Assembly (NCBI GenBank): GCA_041687695.1 | Contig: JAWLBL010000006.1 | Coordinates: 96,001-160,000, forward strand | Length of the DNA stretch: 64,000 bases | Reading direction: 5' to 3' | Source of the DNA: Myxococcota bacterium | Lineage (GTDB): Bacteria > Myxococcota_A > UBA9042 > PHBI01 > JAWLBL01 | Part shown: piece after piece, positions 62,906 to 64,000 of the stretch | Position numbering within the stretch: the stretch's first letter is position 1 | Layout of the letters: every line of letters begins with the position of its first letter | Notes under the pieces: generated by a model | Seen by the model: only the letters and a program-made list of their open reading frames with translations | Told to the model about the DNA's origin: nothing | Databases searched by the model: none | Made by a program: the position numbers and the translations under genes

Positions 62906-64000
62906 TCAGGAGGCCAGCTCGGGCATCTCCCTCAGCGCGGCGCGGACCCGGTCCAGGGCGGCCTCGAGCTCGCCGGCCAGCTCGGCGGCGCCGTCGAGAT
63001 CGCCAGCGCGGCCTTGGCGCTCGAGCTGGTAGGCGAGGACGGCCATCTCGAGCGCGCCGACCTCGAGGCAGCTGCCCTTGAGGCTGTGCGCGGCCGCGGC
63101 GACCTCGTCGGCCACCCGCGCCTTGACGCCGTTGTGGATGACCTCGACGCGCTCGGGGGCGTCCTGCAGGAAGGCCTCGAAGATCTCGGCCAGGAAGCTG
63201 TCCGCGCCGGTGGCCTCGAACTCGCGGAACTCGGCCAGCTTGCTGGCGTCGAGCACCGGCTCGACCGGCGCGCGCTCGCCGCGGCGGCCGGCTCGCACGG
63301 CCTCTTGCATCCACTCGCGCGCCACGGTCTGCAGCTTCTTGGGGTCGAGCGCCCCGCTGAGCGTGTCGACGGCGCCGGCCTGCAGCAAGGCCTGCTGCTC
63401 GGCCGCGGCCCGCTCGGAGGTGATCGCGATGACCGGCACCTGGGCGGCCTCCGGGGCGGCGTGCAGCTCGGAGACGACCCGCGCGGCGTCCGAGGTGGGC
63501 TCGGTCGCGTCGACGATGGCCACGCCGTGTCGGCCCTCGGCGATGGCGCGCGCGGCCTCGCGGGGATCGTCGACGACGTCGGGCCAGCAGCCGAGCGCGT
63601 GCAGCGATCGCGCGGCGGTCAGCCGTGACGGGACCGTGCGCATGACCAGCAGGCCCCGCGGGCGGGCGCCGGCGCGCAGATCGGCCAGGCTCTGCGCCGT
63701 GACCAGCGCGTCGCCGGGGTGGCCGGCGCGGGTCTGCGCGGTCTCGACCGGCAGGCCCGTCACGACCGCCAGCATGTCCTGGAGATCGGCGGCCTGCACC
63801 GGCTTGGGCAGCAGCCCCGCCAGCCCGGCCTCGCGCGCCTCGGCGGTCAGATCCCGGTGGCGCTCGGGCGTCAGGCACACGAGGCGCGTGCGATCGTTGG
63901 CGACCAGCTCGCGCAACTCGGCGGCCAGGGCGAAGCCGTCCGCGTCGGGCAGCGGCAGGTCGATGACGATCAGATCGTAGGGGCGCCCGTGGTCGATGGC
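62906..64000 (-). CDS. C-terminal part of a signalling protein: receiver-like domains + Hpt (runs off the window end)
   Basis: Frame is open to 64000 (YDLIVIDLPLPDADGF...KP). Second REC-like segment PVIAIT. Hpt motif AAHSLKGS. Confidence 0.85.
   Translation of the reverse strand, partial: AIDHGRPYDLIVIDLPLPDADGFALAAELRELVANDRTRLVCLTPERHRDLTAEAREAGLAGLLPKPVQAADLQDMLAVVTGLPVETAQTRAGHPGDALVTAQSLADLRAGARPRGLLVMRTVPSRLTAARSLHALGCWPDVVDDPREAARAIAEGRHGVAIVDATEPTSDAARVVSELHAAPEAAQVPVIAITSERAAAEQQALLQAGAVDTLSGALDPKKLQTVAREWMQEAVRAGRRGERAPVEPVLDASKLAEFREFEATGADSFLAEIFEAFLQDAPERVEVIHNGVKARVADEVAAAAHSLKGSCLEVGALEMAVLAYQLERQGRAGDLDGAAELAGELEAALDRVRAALREMPELAS

Overview
Very GC-rich bacterial DNA whose gene content looks like Myxococcota (inference): many Cys-rich lipoproteins with acidic linkers, Ser/Thr kinases, FHA proteins and a kinase-sigma54 activator fusion. 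About 38 CDS are supported, including housekeeping genes (cydAB, nadA, argB, fbaB, cls, an RluA-family synthase). I recognised no rRNA, tRNA or CRISPR array. The best candidate for an undescribed system is a ~16 kb module at 9830-25777. It has an FHA + winged-helix regulator and a membrane Ser/Thr kinase-WD40 on the + strand. These converge on a - strand set made of a 2290-aa multi-enzyme, effector-like protein, a translationally coupled Afp15/Pvc15-like AAA+ ATPase (no contractile-tail genes in the window) and a large beta-propeller lipoprotein. Both - strand units carry the same upstream element: GTGAGAT-N4-GTGAGAT direct repeats with an 11-bp period, exactly 21 nt before a TAGnnT -10-like box. 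Other signals are a 231-bp MITE-like element, a consensus sigma54 promoter, an in-frame palindromic 42-bp repeat array and intergenic repeat tracts. All domain calls were made by eye from motifs, with no database searches.
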